A stretch of 64,000 nucleotides of DNA from Okamejei kenojei (Eukaryota): NCBI GenBank assembly GCA_035221665.1, contig CM069144.1:56110001-56174000 (forward strand), written 5' to 3'. The position numbers were made by a program, and so were the translations under genes. Position 1 is the stretch's first letter. Each line of letters starts with the position of its first letter. Positions 25,238 to 36,440 of the stretch are shown here, piece by piece. The notes beneath the pieces are model-generated. The model saw nothing but the letters and a program-made list of their open reading frames with translations. It was not told the DNA's origin and searched no databases.

Positions 25238-26110
25238 TGAGCACCGGAACAGGCCCTTTAATCTATGACATCTGCGCTGACCATGATGCCAAATGAAACT
25301 AATGCCATCTGCCTGCATATTCTTCCATTTCCTGTCTGTTCGGGTACCTGCCTAACTACCTCTTAAATGTCACTATCGTATCCGTTTCTACCACTCTCCC
25401 TGATAGGTACCTATCACTCTCTGTGTAATAAAAAGCTTGCCTGTCCACATCTCTTTCCCATCTCTCTCCTTAAATCCATACTTTAGTACTTAAAATTTCA
25501 ACCCTGAGATAAACTCTCGACCTTATCTACGCCTCTCATCATTTTATATACTTCTGTTAGGTCACCTCCCAGCCTCCAAAACTCTAGAGGAAACAATTCA
25601 AGTTTGTCCAACCTCTCCTTTATAGCAAAAACTCTCTAATCCAGGCTACATCCTGCTGAACTCTTCTGCACCCTCTCCAAAAACTCCCCAACCTTTCTGT
25701 AATGTGGCAAACAGAACTACATTCCAAAGGCATGCAGGTTTGTAGGTTACTCCAAATATGGCCCGACAAAAGTTTTATACAGCTGCAACGTGGCTTCCTG
25801 ACTTTCAGGCTCACTGGCCAGACCAATGAAAGCAAGCATGCTGTTTATACATTTTTTTTTACCACCCTATCTACTTATGTTGCCACTTTCAGTGAGCTAT
25901 GGACTTTATCCTAGGATCACTCTTTATATCAATACTACAAAGAGCCCTTCCATTAACTGTATATTTTCCCCTTCCATTTTACCTGCAAAAGTGCACCATC
26001 TCACACTTTACGGATTAAACTCCATCTGCCATTTTTTCTGCCCATATTTCCAATTCATCTCTACCTAGCTGTATCCTTTGACAACTTTCCTTACTATTCA
26101 CAGCTCCATT
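25238..26110 (-). mobile_element. CR1 LINE 3' fragment
   Basis: GAACAGGCCCTTT tail through ...CTCTTCTGCACCCTCTCCA... and TGCAAAAGTGCACCATCTCACAC (RT C-terminal region). Confidence 0.82.
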
Positions 26111-26374
26111 ATTTTTTTTTTGTAATTTGGATTGAATATTTGTACCAATGTCATGGATGGATATTTGCAGCTTTCTAATAATGCTCCGTCTCATCCCTCG
26201 TCATATATATATGAGAGTGAATTCCTACATCCAAAGTTTTATTTCCACAGCACTCATCGCTAAATGTTCCAATCAAAACCCCTTCACAGAAGTGGTGCAG
26301 CCACTTCTGAAAGGTTCAGATTATATATATTATATTTATATATTTCGGGTTTGTAAAAAAAAAGTTGACTTGCT

Positions 26375-26679
26375 CAGCACGGTGGACCGGCAGTAACGCT
26401 GCTGCCTTGCAGCGCCAGAGACCTGACTTCGATCCTGACTAAATGTGTTGTCTGTACGGAGTTTGTTCGTTCTCTGTGACCTGCGTGGGTTTTCTCCGGG
26501 TGCTCTGCTTTCCTCTCACATTCCAAAGGCATGCAGGTTTGTAGGTTAATTGGCTTGGTAAAATTGTAAACTGTCCCCAGTGTGTAGGATAGTGTTAGTG
26601 TAAGGGGATCGCTGGTCGGCGTGAGCTCAGTAGGCCAAAGGGCCTGTTTCCACGCTGTATCTTTAAACTACACTAAACT
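26375..26679 (+). mobile_element. HE1-like V-SINE
   Basis: Full body with TTCGATCCTGAC B box and CTAAA tail. Confidence 0.9.
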
Positions 26680-27396
26680 CTGGATTTGAATCCGATGTGA
26701 AATCTCATTTGCACTCTGCATTAAAGGAGCAGCTTACCGACCTTGCCTCTCCATTGAGTTCTCAGCTATTTTAGCTATGTTTAACAAATTAAAATTAGGA
26801 TGACATGATTATTTTCTGTCGGACTGATAAAGTATCTTGCCAGCTTATTGAATCTTTCTTTTTCTGCTTTGGACTTGTTCAGATTGCTATAGGTTGCTAT
26901 TCAGTGTGAATGAAATGAATGTTTCAAAATCCTAGGTCCACTGTTAATATATATGTTGTATGCACTTAGATCAATATAAGTTTTTATTATGTAATTAAAT
27001 TTTATAAATATTATAACATGAAACCCTGCGTCCCGTTATTTGTGGAATATTCTCTTCATCGGAGCTCAGCTGAGTTGTTGTTAAGAAGAAATATATTTCA
27101 GTATGACTCTAACACAGTACCTCCCTCCTGTTATGATCATGTTTTATTAGTTTGGCTCTGTTCTGCAGAATTCAGATTTACAGTAAAGATATATACCAGG
27201 CTGACTCTAGAGGTCACTGCCGATTCTGTTTTGTTCATGAGACTTCTTTAAATAGTTGGTAGGGACTTTTCAGTCTTGATTTATAACTTGCATGTGGGCA
27301 GACGTCCATGAGGGTTTGCTGAAAATATTGGGTATTTGTCAATGGGAGTCATAATCCACTACCGAGCATAACTCAACTGAAGTTGCCGCTATTGAT

Positions 27397-27725
27397 GGGC
27401 ACCACGGTGGCTCAGCGGTAGACTTGCTGCCTTACAGCACGTACAGCGCCAGAGACCCGGGTTCGATCCTGACAACAGATGCCGTCTGTACGGAGTTTGT
27501 ATTTTCTTCCCGTGACTGCGTGGGTTTTCTCCAAGGTCTCCGGTTTCCTCCCACATTCCAAAGTCGTACTGGTTTATAGGTTAATTAACTTGGTATAAAA
27601 GTTTTTTTTTTTTAATGTCCCTAGTGTGTGTAGGATAGTGCTAGTGTGTGGAGATCGCTGGTCGGTGCGGACTCGGTGGGCTGAAGGGCCTGTTTCCGCG
27701 CTGTATCTCTATACAAAAACTAAAC
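27397..27725 (+). mobile_element. HE1-like V-SINE, full length
   Basis: GGTGGCTCAGCGGTAGA, GGTTCGATCC, CGGTTTCCTCCCAC, GAAGGGCCTGTTTCCGCGCTGTATCTCTA. Confidence 0.92.
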
Positions 27726-27910
27726 CAATGTCTTTGTGAATCACAGGCCAACATTTAAACTCCACGGAAAAGAATGACAAAATTCGTAAGGATTGTCAAT
27801 GTATTTTGTGGTAAGAACATAGAACTTAGAAGAGTACCACACAAGAACAGGCCCTTCGGCCCACAATATCTGTGCCGAGCAAGAGGCTAAGACCATCACT
27901 TATCTATCTC

Positions 27911-28138
27911 CACATAACCTATATCCCTCCATTTTCTGCGTGTCCATAAACGTGTTTGGATAGGCACATGGATAGGCAGAGAATGGAGGGATATAGGTTA
28001 TGTGCAGATCACAGGCAACAATATGGAAATTGTTAATACACCTTCCTTGGATATCCATATGTCTATCCATAAACGTGTTTGGCTAGGCTTATGGGTATCC
28101 AAGAAAGGTGTATTAATGATTTCCACATTGTTGCCTGT
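27911..28138. repeat. Two adjacent inverted repeats sharing an identical 17-bp apex
   Basis: Hairpins at 27911-28004 and 28011-28138; TCCATAAACGTGTTTGG at 27943-27959 and 28066-28082. Confidence 0.9.
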
Positions 28139-28854
28139 AAGGCAAACATCAGGGATGCTGTCGTTGTCAAAACTAATAAAATAATTTCAACAAAGACTAC
28201 CAGCCAGGTGAATTAGAGACCCTGAGCAATATGTTTTGTTGAAATGCAGAAGGCAGACTGCACACTCTGATGAGTGGAATGGGATAACAAGGCAGTGAAT
28301 GGAGAATTAAGTCGTAGGACTTGGGATTAATTCCATCTGACTGATTAAATTATCATGGTCTGCCTTGAATAAGTTTACGATTAAATATATCTCAGCACGT
28401 GGCTTGTATACAGCATGAGCTTCCTATAGTACATTTTAAGCTGCAATGGCAGATGAGTTCTGAGGATAATTGCTAGAATATTATATTTTTATGATTATTG
28501 GACACAAAAGTCAGTACCATTTTGCATGTTCAGATGTACAGCTAACTCCTGCTACTGTATATGTTTTGACAAACCACGTAGTAAAATTATTCTTCCCATC
28601 GAGGTACAGATTCTGTGCTAAGCTGTTCTTGACAATAATGGTGCTTCTATCACATGTAGTGAGGGGGTGGGTGGAGGTCAAGGAGGAAGAACATTTGTTA
28701 TAACAAGCCTGAGATTCTCAGGAGCCTTTCATTCCCAGATGCCAGCACATGTTAAGCTATTGTGTTTGTATGTATCGGTAATATTGATTTTTGGATGTGC
28801 ATGCATATTTTGCAAAATACTTTATATTATTACAGTACAGAATATGGTAAACCT

Positions 28855-29790
28855 TGGAGAAACTCAGCGGGTGAGGCAGCATCTATGGAGAGGAGGAATA
28901 GGCGACGTTTCGGGTCGATTCCCTTCTTCAGACTGATGTCGGGGGGGGGGGGCGGGAAAAAGAAAGGAAGTAGGCGGAGGCAGTAAGACTGTGGGAGAAT
29001 TGGGAAGGGGGAGGGGAAGGAGGGAGAAAGCAAAGGCTATCTAAAATGAGAGAAGTCAATGTTCATACCGCTGGGGTGTAAACGACCCAAGCGAAATATG
29101 AGGTGCTGTTCCTCCAATTTGCGCTGGGCCTCACTCTGACAATGGAGGAGGCCCAGGACAGAAAGGTCAGATTGGGAATGGGAGGGGAGTTGAAGTGCTG
29201 AGCAACCGGGTGATCAGGCTGGTTAACACGGACTGAGCGGAGGTGTTCAGCGAAACGATCGTCGAGCTTGCGCTTGGTCTCACCGATGTAGAGAAGTTGA
29301 CACTTAGAACAGCGGATGCAATAGATGAGGTTGGAGGGGGTGCAGGTGAACCTCTGCCTCACCTGGAAAGACTGACTGGGTCCTTGATGGAGTTGAGGGG
29401 GGGGGTAAAGGGACAAGTGTTGCATTTCCTGCGGTTGCAGGGGAAAGTACCCGGGGAGGGGGTGGTTTGGGTGGGAAGGGACGAAATGACCAGTGAGTTA
29501 TGGAGGGAGCGGTCTCTGCGGAAAGCAGAAAGGGGAGGAGATGCGTAGATGTGGCCAGTGATGGGATCCTGTTGGAGATCCACTACTGGCCACATCTCTA
29601 GCCATTGTCCATCCACCTCACCTCTATCCAGGTATCAATTGCCAGGTTTTGTCCCTGCCCCACCTCAGTTCCAGCTTTCCCCCACTGCTCCAATCAATCC
29701 CAAAAGGTACCGAGCCAAATCATCAACTATCCGTGTTCTCCAGATATCCTGCCTGACCCACTGAGTTACTCCTGTACTTTGTGTCTTTTT
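28855..29790 (-). mobile_element. Penelope-like retroelement (GIY-YIG endonuclease C-terminus, pLTR, inverted 5' pLTR)
   Basis: Frameshifted ORFs AFRRDRSLHNSLV...PGTFPCNRRKCNTC and FTCTPSNLIYCIRCSKCQLLYIGETKRKLDDRFAEH...PVAQHFN; hammerhead-like core at 28904-28931; + strand pLTR at ~29600-29790. Confidence 0.92.
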
Positions 29791-30009
29791 TTGAGTAATC
29801 CTGACCCATTAAATTATTGGGAATGTGTTAACTTGGACACATGAGAGCCAATTTTCAATAGATGCTCACAGTACTAGTTTAAGACAACACAGTACTAGTT
29901 TAAGCCCATTTTGCTCTCCTGAATTGACAGAGCTCCCTCTTATGCTTTGTGCTGGTGTATGTTTTCAAGATGCACTTACTTTTTTTGTCTTTTGATTTGG
30001 TACGTCTTA

Positions 30010-30344
30010 AGCCCCTGTCCCACTGTACGAGGTATTTCAAGAGTTCTCCCGAGTTTTCTCCTGATTCGAACTCAGGAGAATGTCCGTAGCGGGTCCGTAG
30101 GAGTCAGTGGATGTCCGTAGCGGCTCGTAATGCTAACGGTAGATACTCGGGACATCAGGTAAACGCGTGACATTTTTTCATCCCTGCAAAAAATGTCCAC
30201 GAGTAAAACAAATCGTTTTACTCATACGAGCCGCTACAAGACATCCACAAACTCCTATGGACCGACTACGGATATTCTCCGAGTTCGAATCAGAGGAAAA
30301 CTCGGGAGAACTCTTGAATTACCTCGTACAGTGGGACAGGGGCT
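30010..30344. mobile_element. PIF/Harbinger-type foldback MITE (type A)
   Basis: TIR AGCCCCTGTCCCACT extends to ~120-bp inverted arms; perfect TTA TSD (30007-30009, 30345-30347). Confidence 0.92.
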
Positions 30345-30874
30345 TTACTGGAGGCTGTGAAGCCAGACTGTGACATTATACGCATATCATAAGGCACTGC
30401 AGATGAACTGGTTTTCAGACACATTGTACATAGAGCAAAAGAAACTAAACAAAATCCAAATGCAAAAATAATAAAACATGCCAAACGCCTTTGCCCTGGA
30501 GTAATGTGAGTGAACAAAAGCTTAGGTTTGTTACTGTAAGATAATTTTTTTTTAAGCATTGTTTGACATTTCAAGCCAAATCGGTCTTCATTTGCAATGC
30601 AAAAACAGAAAATACAAAAGCCCCCACAATGTCAGGAGGGAGATCTGGTCAATTTTTCAGGGCAAGGAATTCTATCAGAATCTAAAGTAAGAAAACAAGC
30701 GGGTTTTAAGTAGTCAAAAAGGGGGAAGACAGAGGGAATATTTGTGATAGGATACAAACTAAAGATGTCAAAGTAGCCATTACTATAGAAACAGGCAGTT
30801 TCAGAGAAACTAAACAGAGAAAAGAACACCTTGAAATGGGAATATCTAGCAACATATGTCAAGAGATGAAAAAC

Positions 30875-31125
30875 TGTGAAGGAAGTAACTGCAGGTGCTG
30901 GTTTACACTGAAGATAGACACAAAATACTGGAGTAGCTCAGCGGGACAGGCAGCATCTCTGGATAGAATGGGTGATGTTTCGGGTCGAGACCCTTCTTCT
31001 GAAACGTGTAGGAAGGAACTGCAGATGCCAGTGAAATGTGTAGGAAGGAACTGCAGATATTGGTTCTTGAAGGGTCTCGACCCGAAATGTCACCCGTTCT
31101 ATCCAGAGACGCTGCCTATCCTGTT
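30875..31125. mobile_element. Inverted pair of Penelope-derived pLTR units
   Basis: ~30944-30997 is the reverse complement of ~31069-31120; the spacer holds two copies of TGAAA(C/T)GTGTAGGAAGGAACTGCAGAT. Confidence 0.85.
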
Positions 31126-31271
31126 CCATTTTGGCAGTTTCTTTTCTGTCTGCTCAGTAATTTGTTCATAGAAAATCAGCCTTTCTGCCCACATGGTTTC
31201 AGCGAAGGAGTAGGGTTCTTTAAATCTATTATCTTGTCATTACTTTCACTAAGTTTCATTGATGGAATGTA

Positions 31272-31600
31272 AGATACAGAATGGAAACAGGCCCTTCGGC
31301 CTACCGAGTCTATGCTCACCACCGATCGCCCATTCATACTAGTTCTATGTTATCCCTCTTTCTATCCCATTCCTTCAACACCTTGGGCAATTTACAGAGA
31401 TAAAATCTGCACATTTTTGGGATGTGGGAGGAAACTGGAGCACCCAGAGGAAACCCATGCAGTCACAGGGAGAACACGCAAACTCCACGCCCACAGTACC
31501 CAAGGTCAGGATCAAAAACAGTACCAAAGTTCAGGATCTCTCACGTAAGAGACAGTAGCTCTATTAGCTGCATTACTGAGCTGCTTTGCATCACAGTGCC
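31272..31600 (-). mobile_element. HE1-like V-SINE
   Basis: GGAAACAGGCCCTTCGGCC...GGGAGGAAACTGGAGCACCC...CACAGGGAGAAC. Confidence 0.82.
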
Positions 31601-32423
31601 ATCCTAAGTACCGCTGAGCATGTCAGTCTAGTACATTATTTGATCCTCTCTATTTGGAAGATGTGAATATATGTGAGCGTTTTTGACACTGTTTTGACGG
31701 ATTTAGATTTGTGGCTGCTGCATCCTGTCCACTATTCATGCTCACATGGAGCAGATGGAAGCAAGAGAAATGGGGCACCTCCCATATTCTGCTTTCAAGC
31801 ATTTGGCATGTTTTAGAAAAGTTGAGCCTGCTTTTCACACTGTAGGATTTGCCTGAGTGCCATGGCCATTTTCATCTTGATTCCATCCAAAAGAAATAAT
31901 CATAAATGATAAATGTTCCATTCTTGACTGCACTGAAATGGAATAATTCCTGTTATTTTTACTCTATTTGGAAATCTCTGGAAATGTAGCAGCTCCAAAA
32001 CCATCTGAACATAACCGGTTTTCTTCCATGATCCACAGGGGCAATAGTTTCGTTTTTAAATTGATACCATGGTGCAATTAATCCAACTGAAGTTAGATTT
32101 AGGGATAAAAAATCTTTCTTCGTTGACTTGCCAACTGTGTGAGAAAGTAGCAACCAAGCATATTACTTTGCCACAGAATTGCAGTTTATTGTCATGAACT
32201 TGAGCAGATCAAAATTGGGCACAGGATTTGAACAGGTATCTATTACTGGTCTGTGCATTCGCATGATCAATTAAGAATTAATTCCTACGCTTTGTGTTAA
32301 ACAAATAGATATCAATACTCCCAGGTCCAGATTTTAAAATTTGATGTTGGACACATAATTTTGTTTTCACATATTTTAATGAAATTGGTTTTATTTAGAG
32401 AGGAAAAAAATGCCCATCAAGTT

Positions 32424-32580
32424 GAGCGTACGGTTTGATTAGTACTGGTGTCAAAGGTTGCGGTGAGAAAGCAGGAGAATGGAGTTAGGAGGGAGAGATT
32501 GATCAGCCATGATTGAATGGCGGAGTAGACTTGACGGGCCGAATGGCCTAATTCTGCTCCTACCATTTATAACCATATGA
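32424..32580 (+). mobile_element. CR1 3'UTR fragment
   Basis: GATCAGCCATGATTGAATGGCGGAGTAGACTTGACGGGCCGAATGGCCTAATTCTGCTCCT. Confidence 0.8.
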
Positions 32581-32667
32581 GGGTAATTCTGTCAGAAGAT
32601 TTTTCCATTTTGAACTAAGCATTCCCAAGGCAGAAATACTATCGGTTAGATTGAAACTGCAGAGTTA

Positions 32668-33323
32668 AGGGCCTGTCCCACTTAGGCGATTTTTTCAGCG
32701 ACTGCCGGCGACTGTCAGAGTTGTAGCAGGTCACAGGAAAACCGGCCACTACGACAACGTCTACCCCCTACGACAACGTCTACAACAACCTATCGCCTAT
32801 TCGATGTCAAGCTACGACAAACGGTGATCCAATTTTTTCGGGACAGGACGTCCACCTACGACACACCTACAACAACCTACGACCACACGGGCGCCAACCT
32901 ACGACCACACGGGCGCCAACCTACGACAACCGATGTAAACCACAAGCTACGGCAAGCTACGACCCCGTCGGCGACAACTGAAGACAACTGAAGATAATTC
33001 AGTCGCCGGTACCTGTCGCCGGTTGACGTAGGTCGATGTAGGTAGTCACCAATGGAATTCACCAAAGTCATCACCTGGCGACAACCTGCGTCATCCTGGC
33101 GACAACATTCGACAGCACCTACGACAGGAGAAGACAAGCTACGTCAAGCCCACAGTCACCGAAAGGCTTTGAACATTTCAAAATCCAGCGGCGACAAGAA
33201 AAAAGTTACCACTCTTTAGGCGACTCGAGGAGACTAACCATACAGGCGTCACCTCGCGACCATGTAGCGACAGCCTAGTCGCCTGCAGTCGCCAAAAAAA
33301 ATCGCTTAAGTGGGCCAGGCCCT
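32668..33323. mobile_element. PIF/Harbinger-type MITE (type B) with internal CTACGAC repeats
   Basis: AGGGCCTGTCCCACTTAGGCGATTTTTT...AAAAAATCGCTTAAGTGGGCCAGGCCCT; 22-bp tandem duplication at 32876-32919; CpG-rich. Confidence 0.88.
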
Positions 33324-34064
33324 TAAAGCAATCCCCAAAACGTTTAACCCAAGCCTCAGAAGATCTCATGAACCTGTTCACTGCCAAGTTTTTTTTCCAC
33401 TATTTGCCAAGATCCCGGGTATACTCTGGAGTGGCACTGAATCGGTTAAATCTGGTGTTTTCTTGATAATCTTCCTTATATTATGTAAATAAATTGCAAT
33501 TTAGAGTCAAAATATGCCAACCTAGCAGCAGACCCGGGTTGAAGTTTCACAAGGCTTTATGCTCTTAAAATACCTGAATAACAAAAGGGAGAAGACTTTT
33601 GTCCCATCAATCCAGCTCGACTTGAAACAAAAAAATGCAGAGAAGAATCCAAACACAATTCCAGCTTCCACTTTCTCAGGATTATGTGGTTGAATAATCT
33701 GGAAAAGTGGAGAGCATAGCTTGTTCACTTTGCTGACTGTTGCAACATGATACCATTTGATTTCTTCACCAGTTTACAGATCTATACTCCAACAAAATCC
33801 TTGCAAAATTTGCTTTTGTGTAAAACTTTGCAACACTATCTTTCTTGACATTTGATATTTATTTCCCTAGAAATTAAGCTAGAAGATACTGGAAATAATC
33901 CGTCGGTCAAGTAGCACCTAGTGAAGGAAACTCAGTTGGCATTTCAAATTAATGATCTGAACTGTCATCACAAGTGCAAACGATAAAGTATTTAAATTGT
34001 ATAATCAGGATTAACATTCCTCTGCCATTTGCAACTGCGTAGGTGTTAGAAGTGAGTGTATATT

Positions 34065-34363
34065 TGTTTAGTTTAGTTTACGTTAGAGATACAGCCCGGA
34101 AACAGGCCCATCGCCCACCGAGCCTGCACCGACCAACAATGCCCGCACATACACTTTACACTGCCCTGCACACACCCGGAACAATTTTACATTTATAACC
34201 AAGCCAATTAACCAACAAACCTGTACATATTTGGAGCGTGGGAGGAAACCGATGATGGCGGAGAAAACCCAGGCAGGCCACAGGGAGAACATACAAACTC
34301 CGAACAGAGAGAACCCACAGTCAGGATCGAACCCGGGTCTCTGGCACTCTACCGCTACGCCAC
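34065..34363 (-). mobile_element. HE1-like V-SINE
   Basis: (TTTAG)n tail, GGGAGGAAACCG, GGATCGAACCCGGGTCTCTGGC, CTCTACCGCTACGCCACC. Confidence 0.88.
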
Positions 34364-36114
34364 CAAGCCTAAATATTTGTTACAATCAAATTTATGCAAT
34401 AATGAACATCACCGTGTAAATGTTCAAGAAAAATGTCTAACCGAGCCTTCACTGTTCAATCAATCAGCATTGTTGTATTTGATTGGCCAGATTGATTTTA
34501 TTGAACAATATTTTATTGTTGCACGATGGGAATCTTGGGGTGCAAGTCCATAGCTCCATGAAAGTAGCAACACAAGTGCATAGTGTGATAATGAAATTAT
34601 ATTTACCTCCATTGGCCAAGGCATTGCGCATAAATGTCGGGAAGTAATATTGCAACTTAGGTTGGGCCATACAGTGAACCCTTATTTTGACGTACCTCTT
34701 ATAAGGGATCTTGGTTGTTGCGGATGAAATTACTGATGGCTGTTGATGCCTCCCCCGCCTCCCGCGCTTGATTGCTTTTGTTTCTGCACCTCATTTTAAT
34801 CGGGCAATATGATAAATTGTAATTACAATTTTGACGAAGGTCAGCTATTTAGAATTTGAAGGAGAGCTGTGGCCTAAACTGTCCCAATCTGTGCCGTATT
34901 TCAATGGGAAGTAAATGCATCCACAAAATGGGGGAACTGATAACACAAAGGGATGCAATGGCAGTTGGGAGATCCAAACATATTTGCGCTGTTTGATATT
35001 CCTTTTATAATTGGAGGACAAAGGAGAGATTTCAGTGAATGACACGGATTGTGGTGTGTTCTTTGCGCCACCCACGCATTGACCATCCATCTCCTACCTG
35101 CCAAAACAGCTTCAATGAAGAGAGATGCTTTGCAGTCAGATGTCACCCTGCTCCTCTTCCTGTGGTCCTATTCTTCTCATTTCCAGTTAGGGCAGAACGC
35201 ATTTTTGGTTGTCTCGAATACATTTACTTGTACGTGTATATAGGTAGTTTTAATGAGTTAAGTTTTGAGTTTAGCTTATTGTCATGTGTAAGGTAATGCT
35301 TTTAATTCATGCTTAGCAGTCAGTGGAAAGACAATACATGATTACAATCGAGCTGTGAGCTGATGAATGTATTTATTTGAGGAAAATTATCTCTACTGAA
35401 GTTGAGCAAGTAACTTTTATGCCTTTGAATTGAATAAAATATTTGATCTGTACAGTTCTCTTTGTTGTGAATACAGGATAATAACTAAATCAGATAGCTT
35501 CTACTCCAGGGTATAACACGTTTTTTTCAGTAAACTGCTTACGAAGAAATGGTTCCAATAATTCATGACAAAAGGAAGTTGTATGCAATGTGGGAAATGA
35601 AAAGTCAGCTGTCTACATTGCAGAATTGAGTGTAGTTTCATGTGAGCCAGGAACCTTGCAGTGAGGAGGAACCTACTCAAGTACACTTGAAAGAGTTGGC
35701 TGATGAAGCAGCGCCTAGATCTGGCTTTTCATGCGTATTCCCTATTTATTAGCTGTAAAAACGAATGGTGTTTTTCTTTTGAAATTTTTCAAAACAAAAA
35801 TTAATTTGTTATCTTTGAATTAGCAGTAATATATTTCCATTTATTCTCCCTGATAAAAAAAAAAAACATGATTATACTCTGAGGAAGCTGCAGAACTTGA
35901 AAGGAAACAGGAAATCCAGTAAATGATGGAGAAAGGAGCAAAACTGAGAAAGTGTTAAAAGTGCAACATTGGTATCACAAAGTCATGCATTACCTTGAAT
36001 TAGGCTGTGGCTTCAATTCCACTCTACTACAAGGTGTTGCCTGCTTCAGGGGCGCTTCAGACTTCAATCTTCCCCCAGCTATTATTTTCTCTTTTAAACT
36101 ATCAGAAACAGTTG

Positions 36115-36440
36115 TTGAGCCTGAAGAAAGGTTCCGACCTGAAACATAACCTATCCATGTTCTCATTGTACCTCTGTTTGCTTTGTTGTCACCTTCTCTT
36201 AGCAGACAATGGTCTATTCTACATTTTCCTTGATCTCCATCTCTTTTGATCGCTTACACTTCCTTATCTCTGTAACATCCTCCTATCCTGATGATCAGTC
36301 TGAAGAAGGGACTCAACCGAAAACGTCAACCATTCCTTCTATCCAAAGATGCTACCTGTCCCGCTAAGTTACTCCACCATTTTGTGTCTATCTTTTCTAG
36401 AGATGCGTTGAGTTACTCCAGCACTTTGTGTCTATCCTTA
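36115..36440 (+). mobile_element. Tandem Penelope-derived pLTR units with two hammerhead-like cores
   Basis: Cores start at 36121 (CTGAAGA-A-AGGT-TCCG-ACCT-GAAAC) and 36300 (CTGAAGAAGGG...GAAAACGTC), 179 bp apart. Confidence 0.72.

Noticed and set aside
32876-32927. Direct repeats resembling a CRISPR array
   Set aside because: Adjacent tandem duplication without unique spacers, inside a eukaryotic MITE.
34670-34850. TA-CAGTGAACCCT start resembling a Tigger/pogo TIR
   Set aside because: I could not find a matching right-hand TIR.
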